A stretch of 64,000 nt of DNA from a phage, in the sequence record PQ400055.1, one strand, 5' to 3'. Under the pieces are notes generated by a model. It saw nothing but the letters and a program-made list of their open reading frames with translations, did not search any database and was not told where the DNA came from. A program made the translations under genes and the position numbers. Shown here piece by piece: positions 32,366 through 40,621 of the stretch (within the stretch, counting starts at the first letter, position 1; every line of letters starts with the position of its first letter).

Positions 32366-34417
32366 TTACATTTTAAATTTATCTGGCATTGCGTCTACAG
32401 ATACCAGATCAGCGATAAGCTGACGTAGAGTTGCCTTATCTGCTTTCTTACGTTCGGTTTTAGCTTCGCTAATGAAGCTGGAGAAAGACAGGTCAGAAGC
32501 AGGTTTAATAACACCTTCACGGATGAATGCATCACCGTCCGCGATCATCTCGCCAGATTCTTGTAATGCTGCCAGTTCATTTTTGTTCATAATATGTGCC
32601 TCAATGTAATAAGTTTCTTGTGAATCCGTCGATGCCGTAGCACGAGTTACCGTATCAAAGGATAACACAACACCGCGAGGAAGTAAAATCTCGCATTCTT
32701 TGTAAGCAAATGCTTTGTTACCTACTGGCAATACAGGGATGTTTTCCGCGCCAGCAATGGAGAAAGCAACATTAGCGCCACCTTCACCGCGAGAGCCAGC
32801 CATAGAATCAACACCAGCAACGGCACTAGCCACGTTTGCATTCCAGCCGCCAAAAATGTTAGGTGCAAGGGAAGTGCTCACATAGTTTTTAAAGTAAAAC
32901 GCTTTTTGCTTACGTGCAGTTTCCCACATTTGCGACCGGAAGTCCATACCACGATACAGAATAGTACCCGGATCAAGTTTAACGCCATAGTTGGAGAAGG
33001 CATTATCCAGTGCATCGCACATCTTGACCAATTCTTCTGGATCTGCGATGCCTTCAAACTCTTCCAGCTTACGGTCGGTTAGGAAGTTGTTCATATTGAT
33101 GTATGCTGCATCGGCATATTCGCTCAACACAAAACCTTCCGCGCCCGGCAGATCAAGATCAATATCTGCCATCATTTCACCCATGTTGCTAGCAATTGCT
33201 TCAAACATACCGGAAGCAACATTACGTAGGGCATCTGTTTTAATCTGGGTGATATGACTACGCAGCATTTCAGCTTTTACATCTGCTGGCATAGACTGGT
33301 CTACTCGATCCATTGCCAGGGCGGTGATCTTGTTTTCGAATACTTCCTCGCTCATGATTTCTTTTAAGCGTTTGACCGAGGCTGCGATAACTTCCGCAGA
33401 CAATGGATCATATTGATCCTGAACTTTTACCAGTTCGCTTACTGCGTATTTTGCATCGGCTTCGCTTTCAAAAATAGTACGCATGAAACCATAGCGAGTG
33501 ATAATATCACTTGTCCAGTCATTCAGAGAACGGGCGGTTGAACGTTCTAAGGCTTGACGGTCAATCAGAGTATTAAACTGTTTCTTAGGTTCTGCTTCGG
33601 TGATATCTTCTTCCGGTTTAAGATTAATTTTTTCTGGATGATTCACGTAGTCGCTGTTATATGTCGCTTGAGTTTTCAGCATTTCTTCTTTAGTCAAACG
33701 AGATTTAGCCGCTACGCGTTGTTCTGCTTCCGCGTTTCGTTCTTCTTCTGACACAAGACTAGCCGCATATGCCTCATCTTTAGTCAGAGATTCACCAGTA
33801 GCCTTAGATACCCAGCGATCACCTAAATCACTTTCTACTTTAGTGAACAAGGATTCATCAAGTTTAATACCTTTAATCTTATCAATCGCCATCCCGCGAC
33901 GCTTGACAACAACTAAAGCGATCTTTTTGCTGGTCATTACTTCCTGCTGGAATACTTCAAACTTCGGTGTACGACGCACCAAACGCTCTATAACGCGCTT
34001 AACCAGTTCGGTCTTACCTTTCATGCGGGATACGTTAAAACGGAACATAACAGCGTCTAATTGCGCTTTACGGGCTGTTTCCATAACCACATCAAAAGCA
34101 CTTGACATAACTGCAATCGGGTTATCGCCTAGACCATTTTTAAGCTGTACAATACGACCGCTTTTGTTCATTTCGCACAGTACAACATGTGCGGTCTTGT
34201 CACCCATACGAATGATTTTAGGTGTTTTGTTGGTGAAGTTACAAAGACGGACAATCACATCTTTATCGCGTGTCTGTACTGCAAAAAGCTGTTTAGGATT
34301 CTGCTTAGGCTTTAAGCACTGTACCGGAGCAATACTGCCAAAGTTTTCTTCCTCTTCCGTCAACAGCCATTTCTCGAAAGATTCAATCATTAGATCGTCG
34401 ATTTCTAAGTTAAACAT
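32366..34417 (-). CDS. alt: Alt ADP-ribosyltransferase (packaged, modifies host RNA polymerase in T4)
   Basis: 683 aa (T4 Alt 682 aa); C-terminal ART motifs ILYRGM, YVSTS, YKECEILLPRG. Confidence 0.85.
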   Translation of the reverse strand: MFNLEIDDLMIESFEKWLLTEEEENFGSIAPVQCLKPKQNPKQLFAVQTRDKDVIVRLCNFTNKTPKIIRMGDKTAHVVLCEMNKSGRIVQLKNGLGDNPIAVMSSAFDVVMETARKAQLDAVMFRFNVSRMKGKTELVKRVIERLVRRTPKFEVFQQEVMTSKKIALVVVKRRGMAIDKIKGIKLDESLFTKVESDLGDRWVSKATGESLTKDEAYAASLVSEEERNAEAEQRVAAKSRLTKEEMLKTQATYNSDYVNHPEKINLKPEEDITEAEPKKQFNTLIDRQALERSTARSLNDWTSDIITRYGFMRTIFESEADAKYAVSELVKVQDQYDPLSAEVIAASVKRLKEIMSEEVFENKITALAMDRVDQSMPADVKAEMLRSHITQIKTDALRNVASGMFEAIASNMGEMMADIDLDLPGAEGFVLSEYADAAYINMNNFLTDRKLEEFEGIADPEELVKMCDALDNAFSNYGVKLDPGTILYRGMDFRSQMWETARKQKAFYFKNYVSTSLAPNIFGGWNANVASAVAGVDSMAGSRGEGGANVAFSIAGAENIPVLPVGNKAFAYKECEILLPRGVVLSFDTVTRATASTDSQETYYIEAHIMNKNELAALQESGEMIADGDAFIREGVIKPASDLSFSSFISEAKTERKKADKATLRQLIADLVSVDAMPDKFKM

Positions 34418-34458
34418 TTTATATCCTCTAGTTGATAACCTATAAACCTATATTTATG

Positions 34459-34480
34459 AAAAAGGGGCTTAACGCCCCCA
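34459..34480 (-). terminator. rho-independent terminator (minus)
   Basis: GGGGCGTTAAGCCCC followed by TTTTT on minus strand. Confidence 0.6.
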
Positions 34481-34484
34481 TTTA

Positions 34485-34697
34485 TTATAATGCACCATCG
34501 AGCAATTGCTCTAAGGTGTATCCTGAATAGTCTTTTTCAATCAGGATATATTTTCCTACTCGTTTAATACAACCACGCATTTCAACGTATTCTGCGTAGT
34601 TGATGGTGCGAGTTGTTCCATCTTCCAGTAATGCAGTACCGATTTCGTTAATGCGGTCATAAGTTACGTCGGTAATGATGATTTCGATGTTAGCCAT
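34485..34697 (-). CDS. small hypothetical early protein
   Basis: 70 aa ORF directly downstream of a PeSL-like cassette. Confidence 0.5.
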   Translation of the reverse strand: MANIEIIITDVTYDRINEIGTALLEDGTTRTINYAEYVEMRGCIKRVGKYILIEKDYSGYTLEQLLDGAL

Positions 34698-34768
34698 TTG
34701 ATACTCCTTAGTAGTTCGTTTCGGTATGGGTGTATTATGATATACACCATCTGTTATGTCAACAACTT
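34698..34768 (-). promoter_or_regulatory. PeSL-like early promoter cassette (TTGACA, 17 bp, CATAAT, then RBS)
   Basis: Minus-strand reading gives TTGACA -35 and CATAAT -10, then AGGAG RBS before ATG. Confidence 0.6.
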
Positions 34769-34948
34769 TTAGAACATTTTTGAAATTAATTCTGCTTTGA
34801 TTTCGCAGAGAACATCTAAAGATTTCTCGTCACCCGCTTTTGCTGCTTCTGCTTGCATTTTTGAAATGGCTTCAATGTCAGTGCAATTATAAGCCGCTTG
34901 AACTTTAGCGATTGCGATGATTGCCGATTCGATGGTTAAGTGTTTCAT
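34769..34948 (-). CDS. small hypothetical early protein (59 aa)
   Basis: Start placed at MKHLTIESAI.. after RBS AGGAGA; six-frame ORF to 35014 runs into promoter cassette. Confidence 0.5.
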   Translation of the reverse strand: MKHLTIESAIIAIAKVQAAYNCTDIEAISKMQAEAAKAGDEKSLDVLCEIKAELISKMF

Positions 34949-35020
34949 GTTTGATTCTCCTAGTTCGTTTCGGTATGTGTGTATTATAGGGGATCGATGA
35001 TCCCCTGTCAACAACTTTTT
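34949..35020 (-). promoter_or_regulatory. PeSL-like early promoter cassette
   Basis: TTGACAGGGGATCATCGATCCCCTATAAT on minus strand (palindromic spacer), then AGGAGA RBS. Confidence 0.7.
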
Positions 35021-35023
35021 TAG

Positions 35024-35539
35024 TTATTTTTTTAATTGCTCATCTTGCAATAGTGCAATCACATGCTGGCGATGTTCTTCCGATTGAGGCACACCGAAAA
35101 AGTTTGTTTTGTAGAAATACTCTAATCGGTCTTCTCGTGTGCTCTCTTCCATCATGATCGCGGGTAGTCCGAGATTTCGGAAACGTCGCTTTTCTGCTGG
35201 CGTAAAATCACTGTAATACAACATAGAATCATCATTACAAGCAATGCTAAACTCATCCTTCATAAAGGAGAATATTGCGTTTAAACGCTGTTTACCGTCC
35301 ACGATTTCGATCTCATAGCGAGAGCCATCATCAATCTTAGCCATTGCGATAGCACCAACCGGAAAATCATTAATCAGGTTTTCGATAAACATACGTTTGT
35401 TTTCGGTGTCCCATACCAAAGGACGCTGATAATCTGGGTTCATGTTGATATAGCCATCTTCTAACCACGCCTCATAAACAGAGATGACAAAGTTTTTAGT
35501 ATTGGTATAGTAACGGCGTTTAGGCGTTAAACGGTTCAT
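35024..35539 (-). CDS. DUF262/ParB-like nuclease-domain protein
   Basis: Motifs NPDYQRPLVW and IVDGKQRL resemble DUF262 (YQR..W; DGQQR) motifs. 171 aa. Confidence 0.5.
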   Translation of the reverse strand: MNRLTPKRRYYTNTKNFVISVYEAWLEDGYINMNPDYQRPLVWDTENKRMFIENLINDFPVGAIAMAKIDDGSRYEIEIVDGKQRLNAIFSFMKDEFSIACNDDSMLYYSDFTPAEKRRFRNLGLPAIMMEESTREDRLEYFYKTNFFGVPQSEEHRQHVIALLQDEQLKK

Positions 35540-35715
35540 AGTGTGCTTACCTTTTCAATATATGCGTCCGCATACTGGCGAATGCTCATTTCTTCTCGTA
35601 CTGCTGCTACAAATTCTTTCATGGATTCAAACCATTTGTAGGTGTCGCGATACATGACCAACTCTTCCCAAGTAAGATCGCAAATCTCTTTACCATGTAG
35701 TTGTGGTGTTATCAT
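35536..35715 (-). CDS. small hypothetical protein (59 aa)
   Basis: MITPQLHGKEICDLTWEEL..; RBS AGGAGA; stop overlaps next start (ATGA). Below six-frame track cutoff. Confidence 0.4.
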   Translation of the reverse strand: MITPQLHGKEICDLTWEELVMYRDTYKWFESMKEFVAAVREEMSIRQYADAYIEKVSTL

Positions 35716-36050
35716 AATATAGTTCTCCTGAATGGATCATCACGTAAATCAATATCTTTTAAGAACTCATCCCATGAATAGCGGATATTGTTCTTAATTC
35801 TCCAGATAAGCGCAGGGATTGAACGTTCTCCCATCTGGAAGTATGGATCATATGATCCGTATGCCCAATATGCTACTACAATTCCACAATCAGCGCAATA
35901 GTATTCTATTTCACTTGCTGGCGACCAAAGTCCATCAATATGATCGGTGATCTTGCTTTCGATGTTATGGCTATGACAATCAGGGCAACGGATGCAATGA
36001 CCTTGTTTATCGTAATTTGACGTTAGCGAATACTTAAACAATCTCATCAT
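35712..36050 (-). CDS. zinc-finger protein (C4)
   Basis: CIRCPDC..CADCG motifs; 112 aa; 4-nt overlap with both neighbours. Confidence 0.5.
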   Translation of the reverse strand: MMRLFKYSLTSNYDKQGHCIRCPDCHSHNIESKITDHIDGLWSPASEIEYYCADCGIVVAYWAYGSYDPYFQMGERSIPALIWRIKNNIRYSWDEFLKDIDLRDDPFRRTIL

Positions 36051-36763
36051 AGATCCTTATTTGCTTCAAATACTGCCTTTGCGAATCCTCGCGGGGTCAG
36101 TGACCTGATAGTCTTTGTTTTCGTTCCTTTCCCGCCTAGCTTAGAATGCTGTTTACTGTACCCTTTATTAATCTGCAACGGTTTCTTTTCTGGCATTATA
36201 AAGCCTTGTCCGGTCCATAAGCAAGTCTTTTTCGGGTACATATCACGGGCGGCGATATACTCAGGAAAAGTAGGATGTTTATCATCTTCCGGCAAATAAC
36301 CGCCATATTCCCACGGGTGGAACATGTAATCAGGCTTACGCCACATGCTAGAGATAACGCTTACAGGATTCTCTATCATGTAGGGAACTCCTAGCCATTC
36401 ACCCAAATAAGCGGTTATTTTAGCTGCCCTTACATCATGAACTTGAATCAATGGTCCTTGTTCTCGTTTCTTTCGTTCAAAGTGTGCAGCGCCACTAACA
36501 GCTAAATTGGTGCACGGTGGGAATGCAAAGATAATATCCGGTTTCCCCCATTCAAGGTCCATTGCTCTTTCTAGCCAGTTCAAATCAATCCATGTGTTTA
36601 CATAGGTAATGTTTGGGTGTTCAAATCTGGTATTATACTTTTTGTATGTGCCGTGGTCGCCATCGTCAGCATTAAAGCAGATCACCTTATGACCTGCTTT
36701 AGCCCATTCTAGCCCCATTATCCCCGATCCGTCAAAGTTACAGAATATTAATTTTTGTTTCAT
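36047..36763 (-). CDS. compact C5-cytosine methyltransferase-like protein
   Basis: Motif I-like FDGSGIMG, motif IV DIIFAFPPC, motif VI MIENPVSV, C-terminal IRSLTPRGFA (RxLTPRE-like). Only 238 aa, no obvious target-recognition domain. Confidence 0.45.
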   Translation of the reverse strand: MKQKLIFCNFDGSGIMGLEWAKAGHKVICFNADDGDHGTYKKYNTRFEHPNITYVNTWIDLNWLERAMDLEWGKPDIIFAFPPCTNLAVSGAAHFERKKREQGPLIQVHDVRAAKITAYLGEWLGVPYMIENPVSVISSMWRKPDYMFHPWEYGGYLPEDDKHPTFPEYIAARDMYPKKTCLWTGQGFIMPEKKPLQINKGYSKQHSKLGGKGTKTKTIRSLTPRGFAKAVFEANKDL

Positions 36764-37005
36764 ATACGCCCCTTTAATCCAACACAGATTTTAGAAGGTT
36801 CTTTGCCGTGCCACATTAAGTAAAGTCCGTTAATGCGGCCTTGTTTTGTATATGATTCTTTTCTGATCTTCTTATAGTGTCGTGTTTCCTCAACTGATTG
36901 TTTAGAATACCAATCATAAAGGAAGAGGCACAAAGGCCAACCATTAGCGGCCTTAATGCAGTTATTAAGAAATTCCTTATTGCGTTTAATTAATTTTCTT
37001 TTCAC
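36760..37005 (-). CDS. hypothetical protein
   Basis: 81 aa; 4-nt overlaps imply translational coupling in an operon. Confidence 0.45.
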   Translation of the reverse strand: MKRKLIKRNKEFLNNCIKAANGWPLCLFLYDWYSKQSVEETRHYKKIRKESYTKQGRINGLYLMWHGKEPSKICVGLKGRI

Positions 37006-37253
37006 GCTGCCCCCATTGGTTTGATAGTAACAGAATCTAAAAGACCTTTGTTAGCCAGTTCGCGGCAAGTTTTCAGATCCGCAACTTCCCAGCCAGCCGC
37101 AATCAGGTTATCAATGAGGCTGTTAGCAACTTCTTCGCTCATGAAAGAGCACTGTTTGCCGATGGTGTAGCGTACACGCTGTAATTTCAGTTTACGGAAG
37201 CCTTTAACGTTCAGGTCTTTAGCGATTTTCTTTGCGGTTTCGATGTTAGCCAT
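37002..37253 (-). CDS. hypothetical protein
   Basis: 83 aa; first gene after a PeSL-like promoter. Confidence 0.5.
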   Translation of the reverse strand: MANIETAKKIAKDLNVKGFRKLKLQRVRYTIGKQCSFMSEEVANSLIDNLIAAGWEVADLKTCRELANKGLLDSVTIKPMGAA

Positions 37254-37330
37254 TGTTTGATTCTCCTAAGTGGTATCTCGTCTTGATGGTTGTATTGTAG
37301 GGGAGTTATCCTCCCCTGTCAATACTTTTT
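37254..37330 (-). promoter_or_regulatory. PeSL-like early promoter cassette
   Basis: TTGACAGGGGAGGATAACTCCCCTACAAT on minus strand, then AGGAGA. Confidence 0.65.
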
Positions 37331-37336
37331 ATAAAA

Positions 37337-37504
37337 TTATTTGTTAATTTCTGGTGCGTTGCTAGGATAGTAACCTTCTTTAACACCCAGATATTTTGCA
37401 ACCATTCCTACAATCTTCTGTGCTACTACAATGTCAAATTTCAGATAATCTTCGCCGTGGGTTTCAATGATATATGCTTCACATGCTGCTTTAGTCTCGA
37501 ACAT
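37337..37504 (-). CDS. small protein (55 aa), copy 1 of a duplicated gene
   Basis: MFETKAACEAYIIETHGEDYLKFDIVVAQKIVGMVAKYLGVKEGYYPSNAPEINK; near-identical paralog at 40622..40789. Confidence 0.55.
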   Translation of the reverse strand: MFETKAACEAYIIETHGEDYLKFDIVVAQKIVGMVAKYLGVKEGYYPSNAPEINK

Positions 37505-37580
37505 TTTGATTCTCCTATTTCGTTTCGGTATGTGTGTATTATAGGGGATCTCCCGATCCCCGTCAACAACTTTTTTAAAA
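37505..37580 (-). promoter_or_regulatory. PeSL-like early promoter cassette
   Basis: TTGACGGGGATCGGGAGATCCCCTATAAT on minus strand, then AGGAGA. Confidence 0.65.
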
Positions 37581-37862
37581 TTATTCGTGATTAGTTTCGA
37601 TGTTGTACATTTTGCACCAGTTCAGCCAATCGCCCAGATCTTGATAGTTGATGCTTTTATCTGCTGCCATCGTTTTTGTCTTGATACCCATATGTGCGTT
37701 ATGAGTAAGCATTTTTACAGTGAACTCAATTTTATCGCCTTTAGCTTTAACATCAACCAGTTTGGTCCACTGGCTACCAGCGCCGCGAATGTTCATACCA
37801 ACGATGTTTCCGATGTATGCTTCTTTGTTTTTCAGGATTTCGGTTGCTTTGATGAATTTCAT
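37581..37862 (-). CDS. hypothetical early protein
   Basis: 93 aa ORF downstream of a PeSL-like cassette. Confidence 0.5.
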   Translation of the reverse strand: MKFIKATEILKNKEAYIGNIVGMNIRGAGSQWTKLVDVKAKGDKIEFTVKMLTHNAHMGIKTKTMAADKSINYQDLGDWLNWCKMYNIETNHE

Positions 37863-37932
37863 TTTTGATTCTCCAGTTCGTTTCGGTATGTGTGTATTAT
37901 GCTATGTTCTTACTTTGGTGTCAACAACTTTT
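37863..37932 (-). promoter_or_regulatory. PeSL-like early promoter cassette
   Basis: TTGACA..17 bp..CATAAT on minus strand, then GGAGA. Confidence 0.6.
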
Positions 37933-38202
37933 TTAGATATTTTCAGAAATAAATTTTAAAACTTGACGTAAATGTTTCTCATCTTTGATAGTCGCCGGAA
38001 GTTCTTCTTTTACTTCCTGTGCAAGATAGATATTTCCGTTCCAAGTGAAAGATCCGTCTTCGTTTACGCGATAGCTGAACATCCACTCGCAATCATTTTC
38101 GATTTCATATACACACAGAAGGGTGTAATCGTTAAAGCTATTGATTTCAAGGTCGAAGCCGTGACGTTTTGCAAAGTTGGTAGTGGTTTTAGTCAGTGCC
38201 AT
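37933..38202 (-). CDS. hypothetical early protein
   Basis: 89 aa ORF. Confidence 0.5.
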   Translation of the reverse strand: MALTKTTTNFAKRHGFDLEINSFNDYTLLCVYEIENDCEWMFSYRVNEDGSFTWNGNIYLAQEVKEELPATIKDEKHLRQVLKFISENI

Positions 38203-38280
38203 TGTTTGATTCTCCTAAGTGGTATCTCGTTTCGATGGGTGTATTATGCTATAGGCGTGATCTGGTGTCAACAACTTTTT
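38203..38280 (-). promoter_or_regulatory. PeSL-like early promoter cassette
   Basis: TTGACA..CATAAT on minus strand, then AGGAGA. Confidence 0.6.
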
Positions 38281-38295
38281 TAATTTTTTGGAAAT

Positions 38296-38322
38296 AAAAA
38301 AGCCGACACTAAGGTCGGCTAA
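38296..38322 (-). terminator. rho-independent terminator (minus)
   Basis: AGCCGACCTTAGTGTCGGCT hairpin with T-run on minus strand. Confidence 0.6.
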
Positions 38323-38327
38323 TAAAA

Positions 38328-38636
38328 TCATTTAGACAAGTAATCATTCTGTGCAATACGGTCGGCGTATGCTGGTGTTATGTCAATCGCCAGCACTTTA
38401 ACGCGTGCTTTCTTGCGACCTGGGTTTTCTCGTAACCAGTGCTCATGACCGTGAACATTTTTATACTTTGATGCTTCTTCAAATGTACGGATCGGGCCTG
38501 GATAATCTGCGTAAAGGATCTCTAGGTCTTCGGTGATGTAAAAATATACATCATAATTACTGTTCTCTAGTTTAAGCAGAGACTTTCGGAACATTGGGAG
38601 ATTTTCGCGGGTAAATTCAAAGATATTATCTTTCAT
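38328..38636 (-). CDS. HxHW-motif small protein family, member A
   Basis: ..YDVYFYITEDLEILYADY..HGHEHWL..KVLAIDI; 102 aa. Confidence 0.55.
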   Translation of the reverse strand: MKDNIFEFTRENLPMFRKSLLKLENSNYDVYFYITEDLEILYADYPGPIRTFEEASKYKNVHGHEHWLRENPGRKKARVKVLAIDITPAYADRIAQNDYLSK

Positions 38637-38690
38637 AGTATTATCCTCAATAGTTTGATGAAAAGGGGTGGGGGCTTAACGCCCCGTATA

Positions 38691-38978
38691 TTAAAACAGT
38701 CCTTCCTGTACACCGTAGTAGAGTTCATCGCTGATAATTTCATTAATGCGACGGTGTGCATATTCCTGATTTGCGAAGTTATCAGCAAGTTCTACTTTAG
38801 TTTCTCCGTCATGAGTCCATTTAGTGATAACTTTACCATCTGCAAATTTGAAGTTGAACTCTTTAGCTACTGCATCGCGTACCAGACGTGCGAACTTGTT
38901 ATTACGGATTGCATTATCGGTTTCGTGTGCAGCGTGAGCGAATTTGTTAACTTTCAGAGTGATAGTAATGTATGCCAT
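38691..38978 (-). CDS. hypothetical protein, paralog of 41985..42296
   Basis: Shared ..R.AVAKEFN.K.. core with the 42 kb paralog. Confidence 0.5.
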   Translation of the reverse strand: MAYITITLKVNKFAHAAHETDNAIRNNKFARLVRDAVAKEFNFKFADGKVITKWTHDGETKVELADNFANQEYAHRRINEIISDELYYGVQEGLF

Positions 38979-39058
38979 AATTTGATTCTCCTAGTTAGAA
39001 AGTGTATCTCGTTTCGATGGGTGTATTATGCTATACACCCGATCTTATGTCAACACTT
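38979..39058 (-). promoter_or_regulatory. PeSL-like early promoter cassette
   Basis: TTGACA..CATAAT on minus strand, then AGGAGA. Confidence 0.6.
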
Positions 39059-39059
39059 T

Positions 39060-39353
39060 TTATAAAATAATTTTTTGATATTTTTCTATGATGTTTGTGT
39101 AATCCACATCAACCGCTATCACCGTTGCTTCGAATCCACCGTTTAGCCAATGGCTATGATCATGATCGTGAAAGAAACCAAGACCAGTACGAAGACCTTC
39201 TTTATATTCGGCGCGTACATTTAGATCATCATCGATAAACAGATAAAACCATGAATTTTTACTAGGATTGATGATACAACCTTTCAGATTAGGGAGAATA
39301 TCACGACTAAGAATAAACTTATCACCTACTTTGAACATAATATTAGTCCTCAT
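39060..39353 (-). CDS. HxHW-motif small protein family, member B
   Basis: ..WFYLFIDDDLNV..HDHSHWLNGG..TVIAVDV; likely start at MFKVGDK (39338). Confidence 0.55.
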   Translation of the reverse strand: MRTNIMFKVGDKFILSRDILPNLKGCIINPSKNSWFYLFIDDDLNVRAEYKEGLRTGLGFFHDHDHSHWLNGGFEATVIAVDVDYTNIIEKYQKIIL

Positions 39354-39663
39354 TTATAAGGTCAAACCAATTGTTTTTCGCATAATGCTTAATGCGTGCT
39401 TGATCTGCTTCCGCTGGTGATAGATTCCATGCAACCACTACAACTTCTGACGCATCGTCATCCGTTTCTGATACCCAATGATTGTGATTCATACAGTTAT
39501 TTGCGATCGAGTGAGCAAATGATTTCATCACTGGAGACGTATAATCATAGTAACGGATTTTCAGATTTTCATCAACGTACAAATAGATCGTATAAGGTTT
39601 ATATTCAGTAACCAGTAACAGACAGTTACGCAATTCTGGGAAAATCTTTTTAGTTAATTTCAT
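39343..39663 (-). CDS. HxHW-motif small protein family, member C
   Basis: ..YTIYLYVDENLKIRYYDY..HNHWVSETD..VVVVAW; start set at MKLTKK with GAGGA RBS; six-frame ORF to 39744 is N-extended. Confidence 0.5.
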   Translation of the reverse strand: MKLTKKIFPELRNCLLLVTEYKPYTIYLYVDENLKIRYYDYTSPVMKSFAHSIANNCMNHNHWVSETDDDASEVVVVAWNLSPAEADQARIKHYAKNNWFDLINED

Positions 39664-39664
39664 T

Positions 39665-39904
39665 TTATAATCCTCGGTCGCGGCTATAGTACACGGTACG
39701 CCATACAATTTCATGTTTCGTGTCGCTCCAGCACACGATCTCATTTACTCTTAAATCTTTGTTATCAACAAAAGATGAACATTGTGACGCTTCTTTCATC
39801 ATTTTATCTGCTGTTTTCTCATCAAATACAGCACAGATTTCTTTATACACTCGATAATCTTTGAATTGACTCTGAATACCCATAATTAACACCATTCCAA
39901 CCAA
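39665..39904 (-). CDS. small protein, tandem paralog pair member 1
   Basis: SQFKDYRVYKEICAVFDEKTADKMMKEASQCSSF parallels the neighbour's SKFKEYKAYQQILRVYTPEFAEKMMEDASKCPSF. Confidence 0.5.
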   Translation of the reverse strand: MVGMVLIMGIQSQFKDYRVYKEICAVFDEKTADKMMKEASQCSSFVDNKDLRVNEIVCWSDTKHEIVWRTVYYSRDRGL

Positions 39905-40106
39905 TTGTTTTTGAGAAAACGTTTATCCACTGTTGAGTGTAACATGTTTCTTTCCATGATACAATACGAGTAGAATAATGGTTTTTGTTTCCAGAAAAGG
40001 ACGGGCATTTTGATGCATCTTCCATCATCTTTTCGGCGAACTCTGGTGTGTATACTCGCAGGATCTGTTGATATGCTTTGTATTCTTTAAATTTGCTCAT
40101 AATCAT
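39843..40106 (-). CDS. small protein, tandem paralog pair member 2
   Basis: See neighbour; 87 aa. Confidence 0.5.
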   Translation of the reverse strand: MIMSKFKEYKAYQQILRVYTPEFAEKMMEDASKCPSFSGNKNHYSTRIVSWKETCYTQQWINVFSKTIGWNGVNYGYSESIQRLSSV

Positions 40107-40365
40107 TCACTACCTTATCAGCTTCTTTTGTTGTTTTTACATCAACTGCGATAACTCGTAAAGGTTCGTCATGGTTCCACCAGTGGTCATGAATATCAGC
40201 TTGTGATTTATCACCAAAGGAATCACGAATATCATTTTTACATTTATAGCTAATGTGACCTTCATAGTCAACATAAAGGTAATTATCGAAAATCGGCGTT
40301 TTTAAGATCATACCGAAAAATCTTTCTTTGTGTGTCTTATCCAGCGTTGCAGTAATTCGCATCAT
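40087..40365 (-). CDS. HxHW-motif small protein family, member D
   Basis: ..NYLYVDYEGHISY..IHDHWWNHDE..RVIAVDV. Confidence 0.55.
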   Translation of the reverse strand: MMRITATLDKTHKERFFGMILKTPIFDNYLYVDYEGHISYKCKNDIRDSFGDKSQADIHDHWWNHDEPLRVIAVDVKTTKEADKVVNDYEQI

Positions 40366-40377
40366 AATATATTCCTC

Positions 40378-40557
40378 TTAGAAAGGGATGGTCATTTCTT
40401 GAGCTTGTACGTTCTCGTTAGGATTAAACTTCATCCAGCCGATATTGTCTACCAGCATATGCACATTTTTATCATATCCTACGTGGGTAGTCAATACTGT
40501 ATGTGCTTTACCTTCAATGATGAGTTCCATGTACTTCTGAACTTCGATAGCTTTCAT
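40378..40557 (-). CDS. small hypothetical protein (59 aa)
   Basis: MKAIEVQKYMELIIEGKAHTVLTTHVGYDKNVHMLVDNIGWMKFNPNENVQAQEMTIPF; directly downstream of a PeSL-like cassette. Below six-frame track cutoff. Confidence 0.45.
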   Translation of the reverse strand: MKAIEVQKYMELIIEGKAHTVLTTHVGYDKNVHMLVDNIGWMKFNPNENVQAQEMTIPF

Positions 40558-40620
40558 TTTGATTCTCCGTTTGTTGTCTTGATGGGAGTATCTTACTACT
40601 CCCTTTAATCATTGTCAACT
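40558..40620 (-). promoter_or_regulatory. PeSL-like early promoter cassette
   Basis: TTGACA, spacer with GGGAGTAGTAAGATACTCCC stem, TAAGAT -10, GGAGA RBS on minus strand. Confidence 0.55.
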
Positions 40621-40621
40621 A

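Noticed and set aside
33843-34445. 200-aa plus-strand ORF inside alt, and similar plus-strand ORFs (32991..33257, 52746..53093, 56012..56320, 57227..57643, 20675..21097, 37972..38283, 38655..39065)
   Set aside because: All lie antisense to well-supported minus-strand genes, lack RBS and have biased composition; judged non-coding.
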